Positions 50,716 to 59,902 of a stretch of 64,000 bases of DNA are shown in pieces (within the stretch, counting starts at the first letter, position 1; each line of letters starts with the position of its first letter). Below the pieces are notes generated by a model that was given only the letters and a program-made list of their open reading frames with translations, made no database searches and had not been told where the DNA came from. This stretch comes from an uncultured Acidobacteriota bacterium (lineage in GTDB: Bacteria > Acidobacteriota > Thermoanaerobaculia > Multivoradales > SZUA-115), in assembly GCA_963805975.1 (NCBI GenBank), contig CAWDVR010000002.1, positions 256,001 to 320,000 on the forward strand, given 5' to 3'. A program made the translations under genes and the position numbers.

Positions 50716-51065
50716 GCGTCGTAGGTGAGCACGGTGGCGCCGTGGCGGGCGGCGGTGGCGGCGATCCAGACGTCGTTGACCGGAAGCGGCCGGCCGATCT
50801 TGCGCAGGCCAACCATGATCTCCGCGAACACCTGCGCGACCGAGGCGTCGACAGGTAGCTCCTCCACCGCCGGATGGGCGAGGAGCTCGCGCAGCTCGGC
50901 GAGGTTCTGATCCCGCCGGCCGCCCAACAGAAAGCCGATCCATAGCTCGCCGATCACCACCGAGGGAACTCCGATCCACTCGGCGCCATCCAACAAATCA
51001 ACTACCGCGGCCTCACCGCGCCGGAAGTGGCTGTAGGCCGATGTGTCGAGGCAGAAACGGCTCAA
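50658..51065 (-). CDS. VapC/PIN-domain toxin
   Basis: CLDTSAYS, VIGEL, NDVWIAATA, LTYDAHF; TTG overlaps the antitoxin stop. Confidence 0.88.
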   Translation of the reverse strand: MSRFCLDTSAYSHFRRGEAAVVDLLDGAEWIGVPSVVIGELWIGFLLGGRRDQNLAELRELLAHPAVEELPVDASVAQVFAEIMVGLRKIGRPLPVNDVWIAATAARHGATVLTYDAHFASIERVGALVLAAGES

Positions 51066-51313
51066 CGCCAGAGCTCCTCGTCGATCTGCTCGGTCACGGC
51101 TACCGCTTTTTCGAAGAGCCGAAGATCCTCGGCGGACCACCCGCCGGCGAGGCGCCGCAGGCCGTTGCTGCGGCCAGATCGCGCCTCGACACCCAGGCCC
51201 TGGCTCAGGATGTCCAGCACCGTCTGGTTGAGAGACGTGCCGCGACGCTTCTTTTCGGCTTCGAGCGCTCGGGCCACCGAGTGCGGGACTTTGCGGATCG
51301 TCAAATGCTCCAT
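51062..51313 (-). CDS. FitA-like RHH antitoxin
   Basis: LTIRKVP...SLNQTVLDIL...LAGGWS...IDEELWR; upstream of PIN gene. Confidence 0.8.
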   Translation of the reverse strand: MEHLTIRKVPHSVARALEAEKKRRGTSLNQTVLDILSQGLGVEARSGRSNGLRRLAGGWSAEDLRLFEKAVAVTEQIDEELWR

Positions 51314-51435
51314 GGCCGACTCCTATCTACACGACTTGCATTCTACGAACGCATTCCATTGCAGTCAACTGAGGGGGACGCTGGCATCAGCTAGCGTGCC
51401 CCGCGGCTACAATCCCCGACCGGAGGGAGACCAGC

Positions 51436-52524
51436 GTGCGTATCCACAACTTCGGGGCAGGACCGGCGGCGTTGCCGGTGACGGTGCTGGAGGAGGCGCA
51501 GCGGGACTTGGTGGAGCTGCCGGGCGTGGGCATGTCGGTGCTCGAGATCAGCCATCGCTCGGGGCACTTCACCAAGATTCTCGACGAGGCCACGGGCAAC
51601 CTGCGCCGGCTGCTCGGGCTCTCGCCGGAGCACCGCGTGCTCTTCCTCCCCGGCGGGGCGAGCCTCCAGTTCTCGATGCTGCCGATGAACTTGGCGCACG
51701 GAGATCGTGCGGCGGACTACGTGGTGACCGGTACCTGGAGCGCCAAAGCCGCGAAGGAGGCGGAGGCTCTGGGACGAGGCCATCGCGCCTGGGACGGCAA
51801 GGCCGAGGGCTACGTGCGAGCGCCAGGGCCCGAGGAGCTCGAGCTCGACCCACGCGCCGCGTACCTCCACTTCACCTCGAATGAGACCATTCACGGCGTG
51901 CAGTTCGACGAGCCGCCGCCGGCTCCGGCCGGCGTACCGCTGATCTGCGACGCCTCCTCGGACTTTCTCTCGCGGCCGATCGAGGCCTCGCGATACAGCC
52001 TGATCTACGCCGGGGCGCAGAAGAACGCCGGCCCGGCGGGCGTGACCATCGTCATCGTTCACGAGAGCCTCCTCGAGCACTGCCCGCCCAACCTGCCGGC
52101 CATGCTCTCCTACGCGGTGCAGGCCCAGGAGAACTCGCTCTACAACACGCCGCCGGTGTTCCCGATCTACGTGGTGATGCTGGTCACCCGCTGGCTCCTG
52201 GGCGAGGCCGGCGGCCTCGAGGGCGTGGCGCGTGCCAACGGCGAGAAGGCGGCGCTGGTCTACGGTGCGATCGATGCCAGCGAGGGTTTCTATCGGCCGC
52301 ACGCCGCGCCCGGCAGCCGTTCGCGGATGAACGTCGCCTGGCGCCTGCCGAGCGAGGAGCTCGAAACGCGCTTCCTGGCCGACGCCAAGACAGCCGGCTT
52401 CGACGGACTCAAGGGCCATCGCTCGGTGGGCGGCGTCCGCGCCTCGATCTACAACGCCGTACCCAAGAGCTCGGTCGAGGCGCTGGCAAGCTTCATGGAA
52501 GAGTTCCGGTCTCGAGCTGGTTAG
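51436..52524 (+). CDS. serC: phosphoserine aminotransferase
   Basis: NFGAGPA, EISHRS, GGASLQF, NETIHG, AGAQKN, YNTPP, GHRSVGG.RASIYN. Confidence 0.95.
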   Translation: MRIHNFGAGPAALPVTVLEEAQRDLVELPGVGMSVLEISHRSGHFTKILDEATGNLRRLLGLSPEHRVLFLPGGASLQFSMLPMNLAHGDRAADYVVTGTWSAKAAKEAEALGRGHRAWDGKAEGYVRAPGPEELELDPRAAYLHFTSNETIHGVQFDEPPPAPAGVPLICDASSDFLSRPIEASRYSLIYAGAQKNAGPAGVTIVIVHESLLEHCPPNLPAMLSYAVQAQENSLYNTPPVFPIYVVMLVTRWLLGEAGGLEGVARANGEKAALVYGAIDASEGFYRPHAAPGSRSRMNVAWRLPSEELETRFLADAKTAGFDGLKGHRSVGGVRASIYNAVPKSSVEALASFMEEFRSRAG

Positions 52525-52597
52525 GTCTCGAACAGAGCCTGTCCCACCATCGTCGCGCTCCAGCACGGAGGTCTTGTAGAACCCTCGAAAGGAGACG

Positions 52598-53005
52598 ATG
52601 ATGAGAGCTTCCCTCGCCTTGGCCTTGCTCCTTGCGTTCGCCTTGGCCGGTGCCGCTTCCGCTGCGGACGCTCCCTTCCTGCAGCCGGAAGGCGGTTGCG
52701 GGCTCTCTCGTACCGCCACGGACGGCCTCGCGCTGCCGGGTGCTGATCTCCTGCCGCCGGCGCCCCAGGCTCGCCTCTTCCCGCTCTGCCCCGGGCCATC
52801 GAGCTGTCCTTCCGGCTGCACCCCTGCGGGGGGCTGTACTTTGGGCCCGATCAGTGTCCCCGCCGCCGACTGCTGCGTGCTTACCGGCGGAGCGCTCTTC
52901 TGTTGCGACCAGGACCAGGACCAGGTCTGGGCACTCACGTGCCGCTGCGAAGGCGAAGGGACCTGCGAGGAGTTCCAGGAAGTGACGCTCTCCTGCGGCT
53001 TCTGA
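52598..53005 (+). CDS. small secreted cysteine-rich protein
   Basis: AGGAG SD; Sec signal ending ASA; 13 Cys, 12 of them in the C-terminal ~72 aa. Confidence 0.65.
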   Translation: MMRASLALALLLAFALAGAASAADAPFLQPEGGCGLSRTATDGLALPGADLLPPAPQARLFPLCPGPSSCPSGCTPAGGCTLGPISVPAADCCVLTGGALFCCDQDQDQVWALTCRCEGEGTCEEFQEVTLSCGF

Positions 53006-53021
53006 CCCTCCTCGGTTCCCC

Positions 53022-54839
53022 TCACGCCAGGTCGAGATGGGCGGCGTCCGAGTCTCCCATCTCCACTCCCCCGCCGGGGAAGTACTCCTTCCAGCGCTCG
53101 CTGACCCGGCGGGCGATGTCCTCGCGACAGGCGAGCTCGGCGGGAAAGCCGGGCTTGAGGCGCGCGTCGATCAGCACCGGCGCGGTGTAGGAGAGCTGGT
53201 TCCGCACCACCCGGGTAGCCGCGGCATGGAGGTCGGCCGCGGGCTCGAAGCGGGTGAAGGTGGTCCACAGGAAATTGATGGCGCTCCGTGCGGCGCGCGC
53301 CGGCTCGTCGGTGAGCACCAGGAGAGGCCAGCCGGCGAACGCGGGGTGAGCGGCCAGCCGCGATGCGGCGCCGCGATCCTCGGCGAAGGACGGTCCCCCG
53401 ACCACCAGGCAGCCCCCGCAAAATGCCCGGACGTCCGTCACCTCGGGCGGCGGCGGCACCGCGGGCCGGAACTCGCGCGGCAGCGCCCGCCGGGGCTCGC
53501 CCAGCCCCAGCCACACGCCCTTCGAACCCTCGTTGACCGCCGGGCCGGTGTAGTCGAGCGTGTCCATCGACAGGTTGCCGAAGACGTAGAGGTCGGTCTC
53601 CGGCTCGGTGCGCTCGAGCAGGTGCTCGAGCGTGGCGCGGAAGTCGCGCAGGTCGACCCTCCGGTCGGTTACCAGCAGGAACTTGGTGAGCGAGAGCTGG
53701 CCCTCGCCCAGGATGCGGAAAGCGCTCGCCATGGCCTCGCGCTTGTAACGCTCGCGCACCACGGCGCCGGCCAGCGAGTGATAGCCCGTCTCGCCGTAGG
53801 ACCAGAGATCGATCACCCCCGGCATCACCAGCGGAAAGAGCGGCGACAGCAGCTCCTGCAAGAGGTCGCCGATGAAGAAGTCCTCCTGCCGCGGCTTGCC
53901 CACCACGGTCGCCGGGTAGATCGCGTCGCGCCGGTGGCAGAGGTGGCTCACCTCGAAGATCGGGTAGTCGTGCGCCAGCGAGTAGTAGCCGTAGTGGTCG
54001 CCGAACGGCCCCTCGCTGCGGCGCACTCGCGGCGGCACCGAACCCACCAGGGCCATCTCCGCCTCGGCGATCAGCGGATGGGGGCCGGGGCCGCCAACGA
54101 GGCCGAGCCGTTCACCGGCGATCAGCGAGGCGAGGAGCGTCTCCGGCACGTTCTCGGGCAGCGGTGCGATCGCCGCCAGGATCAGCGCCGGCGGCCCGCC
54201 CAGGAACACCGTCGCCGGCAGGGCCTCGCCACGCCCTTCGGCCACGGCGTAGTGGAAACCGCCGCCCTTGCCGATCTGCCAGTGCATGCCGGTGGTGGCC
54301 GGGCCGTGCACGTGCAGCCGGTACATGCCGAGGTTCGGCCCCTTGCCGTCCGGGTGCTCGGTGAAGACCAGGGGCAGCGTGACGAACGGCCCGCCGTCCT
54401 CGGGCCAGGTGGTGAGCGCGGGCAGCCGGTCGAGCCGCACGTCGCGCGTCACGACCTCGGTGACCGGGCCGCCTCGCCGCCGGCGGGTGCCGATCGAGAG
54501 CGCTGCCTTGGCCACGTCGCGCGCCCCCCAGAGCTTGGCAGGCGTGGGCGGCAGCAGCGTCTGCGCCAGCTCCACCAGCCGGCGGATCAGTCGCGCCGGC
54601 CGCTTGCCGAACGCCAGCTCGGCGCGCCGGGGCGTGCCGAAGAGGTTGGTGGCGAGCCGGAAGCTCGCGCCCTTGGGCCGCGCGAAGAGCAGCGCCGGCC
54701 CCCCCGCCGCGATCACCCGGCGATGGATCTCCGCTGCCTCGAGGTAAGGATCAACCTCCGCCTCCACCACCGCCAGGTCGCCGTCGCGGCGAAGCTGGTC
54801 GAGAAAAGTGCGGAGGTTGGGGAAAGCGGCCTCGGTCAC
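53022..54839 (-). CDS. UbiD-family prFMN-dependent decarboxylase
   Basis: GGPALLF, WPEDGG, NLGMYR, EGPFGDHYGYY, VVGKPRQED, DTLDY; GTG overlaps the M20 stop. Confidence 0.9.
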   Translation of the reverse strand: MTEAAFPNLRTFLDQLRRDGDLAVVEAEVDPYLEAAEIHRRVIAAGGPALLFARPKGASFRLATNLFGTPRRAELAFGKRPARLIRRLVELAQTLLPPTPAKLWGARDVAKAALSIGTRRRRGGPVTEVVTRDVRLDRLPALTTWPEDGGPFVTLPLVFTEHPDGKGPNLGMYRLHVHGPATTGMHWQIGKGGGFHYAVAEGRGEALPATVFLGGPPALILAAIAPLPENVPETLLASLIAGERLGLVGGPGPHPLIAEAEMALVGSVPPRVRRSEGPFGDHYGYYSLAHDYPIFEVSHLCHRRDAIYPATVVGKPRQEDFFIGDLLQELLSPLFPLVMPGVIDLWSYGETGYHSLAGAVVRERYKREAMASAFRILGEGQLSLTKFLLVTDRRVDLRDFRATLEHLLERTEPETDLYVFGNLSMDTLDYTGPAVNEGSKGVWLGLGEPRRALPREFRPAVPPPPEVTDVRAFCGGCLVVGGPSFAEDRGAASRLAAHPAFAGWPLLVLTDEPARAARSAINFLWTTFTRFEPAADLHAAATRVVRNQLSYTAPVLIDARLKPGFPAELACREDIARRVSERWKEYFPGGGVEMGDSDAAHLDLA

Positions 54840-56161
54840 GGCGCCGCGCCGCTCAGATAGTCGACCGCCAGGTGCGCCATGGCGCGGACGCCGAGCGGCA
54901 GGGCGGACTCGTCCACGAAGAAGCGGGGGGAGTGGTTGCCGGCGGCCTCGGCGGCCGGGGTGCCCGGGGGGCGGATGCCGAGGATGAAGAAGAGCCCGGG
55001 GATCACCTTCTGGTACTGGGCGAAGTCCTCGGCGCCGAGGATCGGCGGCGCCTCGATCACCTTGCCGGCGCCGGCCGTGCGCTCGAGCGTCGGCGCCATC
55101 TTCCGGGTCAGGGCGGGGTCGTTGTAGGTCACCGGGTTGCCGCGGGTGATCTTCACCTCGGCGGTGGCGCCGGCGCTCTCGGCGATCTTCTCGGCAGTGC
55201 GGCGCACGCGCTCGTGGAGCTCGCCCTGCATCCCCGAGTCCAGCGCCCGCAGCGTGCCGGTGAGGGTCACCTGGTCGGGAATGATGTTGCTCCTCACGCC
55301 ACCGTGGATGGTGCCGATGGTGACGATGACCGGCGCGGTGGTGACGTTGAGCTGGCGGCTGGCGACGGTCTGCAAGCCGAGCACGATCTCGGAGGCGACG
55401 ACGATCGGATCCACGCCCAGCCAGGGCATGGCGGCGTGCGTCTGCTTGCCACGCACCACGATCTCGAGCGTGTCCGAGCTCGCCATGGTGCCACCGGAGC
55501 GGTAGGCGATCTGGCCGGACTCGGCGAACGGCATCACGTGCAGGCCGAAGATGGCCGCGGGTCTCGGGCCCTCGAGCACGCCCTCGCGGATCATCAGCCC
55601 GGCGCCGCCCTCTTCTCCTTCCGGCGCACCTTCCTCGGCCGGCTGGAAGATGAGCTTCACCGTGCCCGGCAGCTCGGCCTTGAGCTGCGCCAGCACCTCG
55701 GCGACACCCATCAGCATGGCGGTATGGGTGTCGTGCCCGCAGGCGTGCATCACTCCGACCTCCTGGCCGTTGTAGGTCGCACGCGCCTTGGAGGCGAAGG
55801 GCAGATCCACCTCCTCGCTCACCGGCAGAGCGTCCATGTCCGCCCGCAAGGCGACGACCGGCCCCGGCTTGCCACCCACCAGGAGGGCGACCACGCCGTG
55901 GCGCGCCACGCCGGTCTCGACCTCGAGCCCCAGCGCCCGCAGGTGCTCCGCGACCTTGGCCGCCGTGCGCTCCTCGCGGTTCGAGAGCTCCGGGTGCTGG
56001 TGGAAGTCTCGCCGCCAGGCGAGCACCTTGGGCTCGACGGACTTGGCCAGCGCGTCGATGCGCGTTCCCAGCGGTTCGGCGGCCGCCGCGGGCTGACTCA
56101 CGAGCACCAGGCAGGCGCAGCTCAGCATCCAACCCGTGGAAAGACGGCTTCTCATGCTCAT
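54836..56161 (-). CDS. M20D amidohydrolase with signal peptide
   Basis: HPELS, RADMDALP, MHACGHD, FQPAEEG, GLHV, AEDF, NHSP. Confidence 0.9.
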   Translation of the reverse strand: MSMRSRLSTGWMLSCACLVLVSQPAAAAEPLGTRIDALAKSVEPKVLAWRRDFHQHPELSNREERTAAKVAEHLRALGLEVETGVARHGVVALLVGGKPGPVVALRADMDALPVSEEVDLPFASKARATYNGQEVGVMHACGHDTHTAMLMGVAEVLAQLKAELPGTVKLIFQPAEEGAPEGEEGGAGLMIREGVLEGPRPAAIFGLHVMPFAESGQIAYRSGGTMASSDTLEIVVRGKQTHAAMPWLGVDPIVVASEIVLGLQTVASRQLNVTTAPVIVTIGTIHGGVRSNIIPDQVTLTGTLRALDSGMQGELHERVRRTAEKIAESAGATAEVKITRGNPVTYNDPALTRKMAPTLERTAGAGKVIEAPPILGAEDFAQYQKVIPGLFFILGIRPPGTPAAEAAGNHSPRFFVDESALPLGVRAMAHLAVDYLSGAAP

Positions 56162-56315
56162 CCAGCCTCCTCGCCGGGCACGGCGGCCCCGCAATGACCC
56201 GTCACGGCCGGCGATCATAGCCGGTCCTTCACCGGCCGCAGTCAGCCATGTAACACATCGCAATATTGCGCGCCTAAGTGTTTCCAGAACATCCAACTCA
56301 TAGTGAGGTTTTCCC

Positions 56316-58608
56316 ATGAATGCTCGGCGTTCTCGTCCGACATCTCTTCTCGTCGCTTTGACGATGCAGGCGCTCGTGTTCCTGGCCGCCGCCGGCCCCG
56401 CCTCGGCCGCGGCTTTCACTCCCAGCGAATGGCAGAGCCGTGCGCCGGGCAGACACGATGCTCGCGCGGCCGGCAAGCTGCTGGATTGGAGTCGCGACCG
56501 CGATCGAAACTTCGTCGACGATCTCCTCGACCAGCGGGGGCCGGGAGAGAAGGTGGACATCATCGTCGACTTCAACCGCTGCGTGACCTGCTGCCAGGAA
56601 GGCGAGGAGGAGGTTGTGAAGTTCCTCCGCCGGCTCGGTCGGGTCGATCACTTGAGCGAGTTGGTGACGTTCGCGGTGGTGCTCGACGTGTCGGTCTCCG
56701 AGCTCGCCTCGATCGCCGCCCGCCCCGAGGTCGCGATGGTCGAGCACCTCGCACCCGCCTTCGGCATGATGGACACCAGCTTGCGCGTCATCCGCGCCCG
56801 CGCCAGCACCGAGCTCTCGCCGAACACCGCCGAGGATGCCTTCCCCGGCATCGACGGCACCGGGATCACGGTGGCGGTGATCGACAGCGGCGTGGACAAT
56901 GCCGGCGGGCCCGGCGTCACGCACCAGATGTTCCCCGCCGGCACCTTCGTCGGCGGCGCCGACTGCATGACCGATCCCTGCGCCCCAGGCGACCCGGACG
57001 ACGACCACGGCCACGGCACTCAGGTCGCCGGCATCGTGCTCGGCCGCCCGTTGGCCTGCGCCGGCGACATCTGCCGCGGGATCGCGCCCGCGGCGAGCCT
57101 GGTCGACATCAAGGTGCTCGACAGCTCGAATGTCTGCGTCGGCGCCTCGTGCATCCGTGGGGTCGAGCTGGCGATCGTCAACCGCGAGGCCTGGAGCCTC
57201 GACGTGCTCAACGTCAGCGTGGGCGACTGTGTGGCGAGCAACGGCAGGAATGCCATCGCGCAGCTCCTGGATACCGCGGTCTCGCTCGGTATGGTGGTCA
57301 CCGTGCCGGTGGGCAACGCGGCGGAGTGCGGGGTCCCGGAGGGCACCGTGCTCATCAACAGTTGGGCCTCCGCCTCGCTCGCCATCACCATGGGGGCGAT
57401 CGACGACCACAACACCGTGGCGCGGGACGACGACGAAGTGGCCGGGTTCTCGCTCCGCGGGCCGCGTTTGGGCGACGGCGACCCCGACCCCCGAGACGAG
57501 TTCAAGCCCGACTTCGCCGCTCCCGGCGTCGCCATCCGATCCGCTCTCCGCGACTCGCCGACCGGCTTCGCCGAAGGGCAGCGGTACCTCGCTCGCGGCC
57601 GCGCATGCGGCGGGCAGCGCGGCCCTGCTCCTCCAAGCCATCCCCGGTATCAACCCCGAGAGCCTGGAGGTTCTTCTCTTCGAGAGCCACGAGCCGCCGA
57701 TCGGGGTGCCGGCCACGGCCTTCGACCCAGGCTGGGGCGTGGGCTTCCTGGGCCTGTTCGACTCTTTGAGCCGGGATCCCAAGGCGGACGCCGGGCGCCC
57801 CACGGAGCCGCCCTATGCCCCGTGCGGCGCCGGCTGGTGCTCACCCCACATCTCGACCGCCACCCCGCCCGTCCTCGGCGTGCCGAACTTCATCACGGCG
57901 GAGATCACCAACTTCGGCCCGGTCTTCGGCAACGACGTGATGCCCTGCTTCGGCGTTTACATCTTCTCCAACAACTTCAGCCATTTCTTCGAGCTCGGCT
58001 GCGGCAAGCTCGACATGCCGGCAGGCTCCACCATGACGATCTCGTGGCCCTGGACCCCGGGGCCGGAGCTGATCCCGCCGGGCCTCGCGGACACCGACCC
58101 GATCCATGTCTGCATCAAGGTCGAGCTCGCGTACCCCTACGACACCAGCTTCGCCAACAACCAGATGCAGCGCAACGTGACCGTGGCGCGGGCCTCCACG
58201 GCGCGGGTGCCGTTCCGCCTGGAGAACAACCTGACGCGCGAGATGCGGGTCGAGCTCCGCACGGAGACGGAGTCACGATGGAAGGCGCGGGTGACGGAGA
58301 ACGGCCGGCCCGTGAACGCGGTGTGGAACCTCCGGCCCGGCGACTGCCCGAAGGACGTGGTGGTGGAGCTCACCCCGCCGGCAGGAGCGAAGAAGGGCGA
58401 GCGTGCCACGTTCGTCCTCAAGGCGGTGGCGGACGGCAGTACGGACTTCGGTGGCGCCGTGGTCGAGGCCGTGGTGGCCCACGAGCACGAGGGCCCGCCG
58501 CCGGACGACGGCAACCGATGGCCCGGCGGCGCCTGGTGGTTTCTCCTGCTCCTCGTGCTCCTGCTGCTCGTGCTGCTCGTGCTCCGCCGCCGAAGGCCGG
58601 CCCGCTAG
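56316..58608 (+). CDS. S8 subtilase with C-terminal TM anchor (+1 frameshift near 57577)
   Basis: VAVIDSG, HGHGT, KPDFAAPG in one frame; SGTSLAAAH and tail GGAWWFLLLLVLLLLVLLVLRRRR in the next frame. Confidence 0.8.
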
Positions 58609-58633
58609 AGAAGGCCCTCACCCCTCCTCCAGC

Positions 58634-59704
58634 CTACGGGCAGGTCGCGAACGCTCCCGTGTCCTGCACCGGCGGCGCCGGGTTGCCCTGGGGGTTGAAG
58701 TAGGTCTTCGTGGTATCCGTCTGGGTGTCGGTCACGGTGAGCAGGATCTCCACGTTGGTGGTCGCCGCGAAGAACACCCAGTAGCTGTTGGTCAGCGAGC
58801 AGCCGTTGATCACCTTGAGCAGCATCTCGGCGTTGTTCGGGTTCAGGAAGTAGAAGAGGCCCGAGCCGTCGTTGCCGAAGTTGATGGTCTGGCCTTCGCC
58901 CTCGGCACCGCTGGGGAACTTCCAGTGCAGGCGGGCCTGGAAACGGCCGCCGCTCAGGCACAGCGTGGTGGCGTTGGGAACGCAGTCGGCGGGAGCCGGG
59001 TCGTCGTTGTCGGTGATGGTGACCGCGGCCGTCGCCGGCGAGGTCACGGTGGCGCCGCCCGCGGGGTTGAACAGGCTCACGGTGAAGGTCTCGTCGCCCT
59101 CGTCGGCGGTGTCCTCGAGGATCGGCACGCTGATCGTCTTGGGGTCGTCGTCGTTGTCCGCCCAGCTCAGGGTGGCGAGGATCTCCGTGAAGTCCGAGCC
59201 GGCGTCGGCGGTGCCCTCGGCGGTGGTGACCTGCGCGGAGACGGCGCCGTCGTCGCCGCCCGTGCGCAGCGCCGTGAGGGTGACCTGGCCGGCGCTCTCG
59301 GCCACCGTGGCCGCGGAGCCGGCGAGCCGCAGGCTACCCGCGTTCCCTCCGCCGCCGGTGACGATCAGTTGCCCGGCCATGATGGGCGCGTGCAGCTCGC
59401 AGACGTAGTCGATCGTGCCGGGAGTGTTGAAGGTGCGGCTGAAGCTCCAGCTCTCGTTCGAGACGTTGCCATTGCCACCGTCGTCGTCACAGCCCTCGGC
59501 GCAGCGGAAGCTCGAGTCGTTGGCGGCCACGTTGTGCAGGCCCCCGGCGTTGGTCCAGGTGACGGTGTCGCCGACCTGGATGGGGAGCGTCGCCGGGCTG
59601 AAAACGAGGCCGGGACCGACTGTTACGTTGTGGTTGGCGGCACGGCCCTGGAGGGCGCCTGCCGCCATCAGGACGAGCGCAGCGTAAGGCGTCAAGCTTT
59701 TCAT
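58634..59704 (-). CDS. secreted cupredoxin (plastocyanin-like) + Calx-beta + conserved C-terminal domain protein
   Basis: Signal peptide; HNV...YVCELHAPIM type-1 Cu ligands; D..DEGDETFTV Calx-beta; CVPNATTLCLSGGRF domain. Confidence 0.85.
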   Translation of the reverse strand: MKSLTPYAALVLMAAGALQGRAANHNVTVGPGLVFSPATLPIQVGDTVTWTNAGGLHNVAANDSSFRCAEGCDDDGGNGNVSNESWSFSRTFNTPGTIDYVCELHAPIMAGQLIVTGGGGNAGSLRLAGSAATVAESAGQVTLTALRTGGDDGAVSAQVTTAEGTADAGSDFTEILATLSWADNDDDPKTISVPILEDTADEGDETFTVSLFNPAGGATVTSPATAAVTITDNDDPAPADCVPNATTLCLSGGRFQARLHWKFPSGAEGEGQTINFGNDGSGLFYFLNPNNAEMLLKVINGCSLTNSYWVFFAATTNVEILLTVTDTQTDTTKTYFNPQGNPAPPVQDTGAFATCP

Positions 59705-59902
59705 CGTTTTCTCCTTGAATAGAGGCTCGAGAGCCTGGCGGCCGGTCAAGAGTGCGTTGGGGACCGGGTTTCGGGGCGGGATCGACGAACGAGGTGCGCG
59801 CAGAGTACAATGTCTCCAACGACGACTGTTATAGAGTACGGGCGTCAACTCGCTGGATCTGGCGCGAGCCCCGATCGAGAAGGAGCCTTTCCAGAGTCGA
59901 CC

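Noticed and set aside
57565-57590. Programmed frameshift just before the S8 catalytic Ser
   Set aside because: No slippery heptamer or stimulator seen, and it is the same +1 error type as in hisC/hisD.
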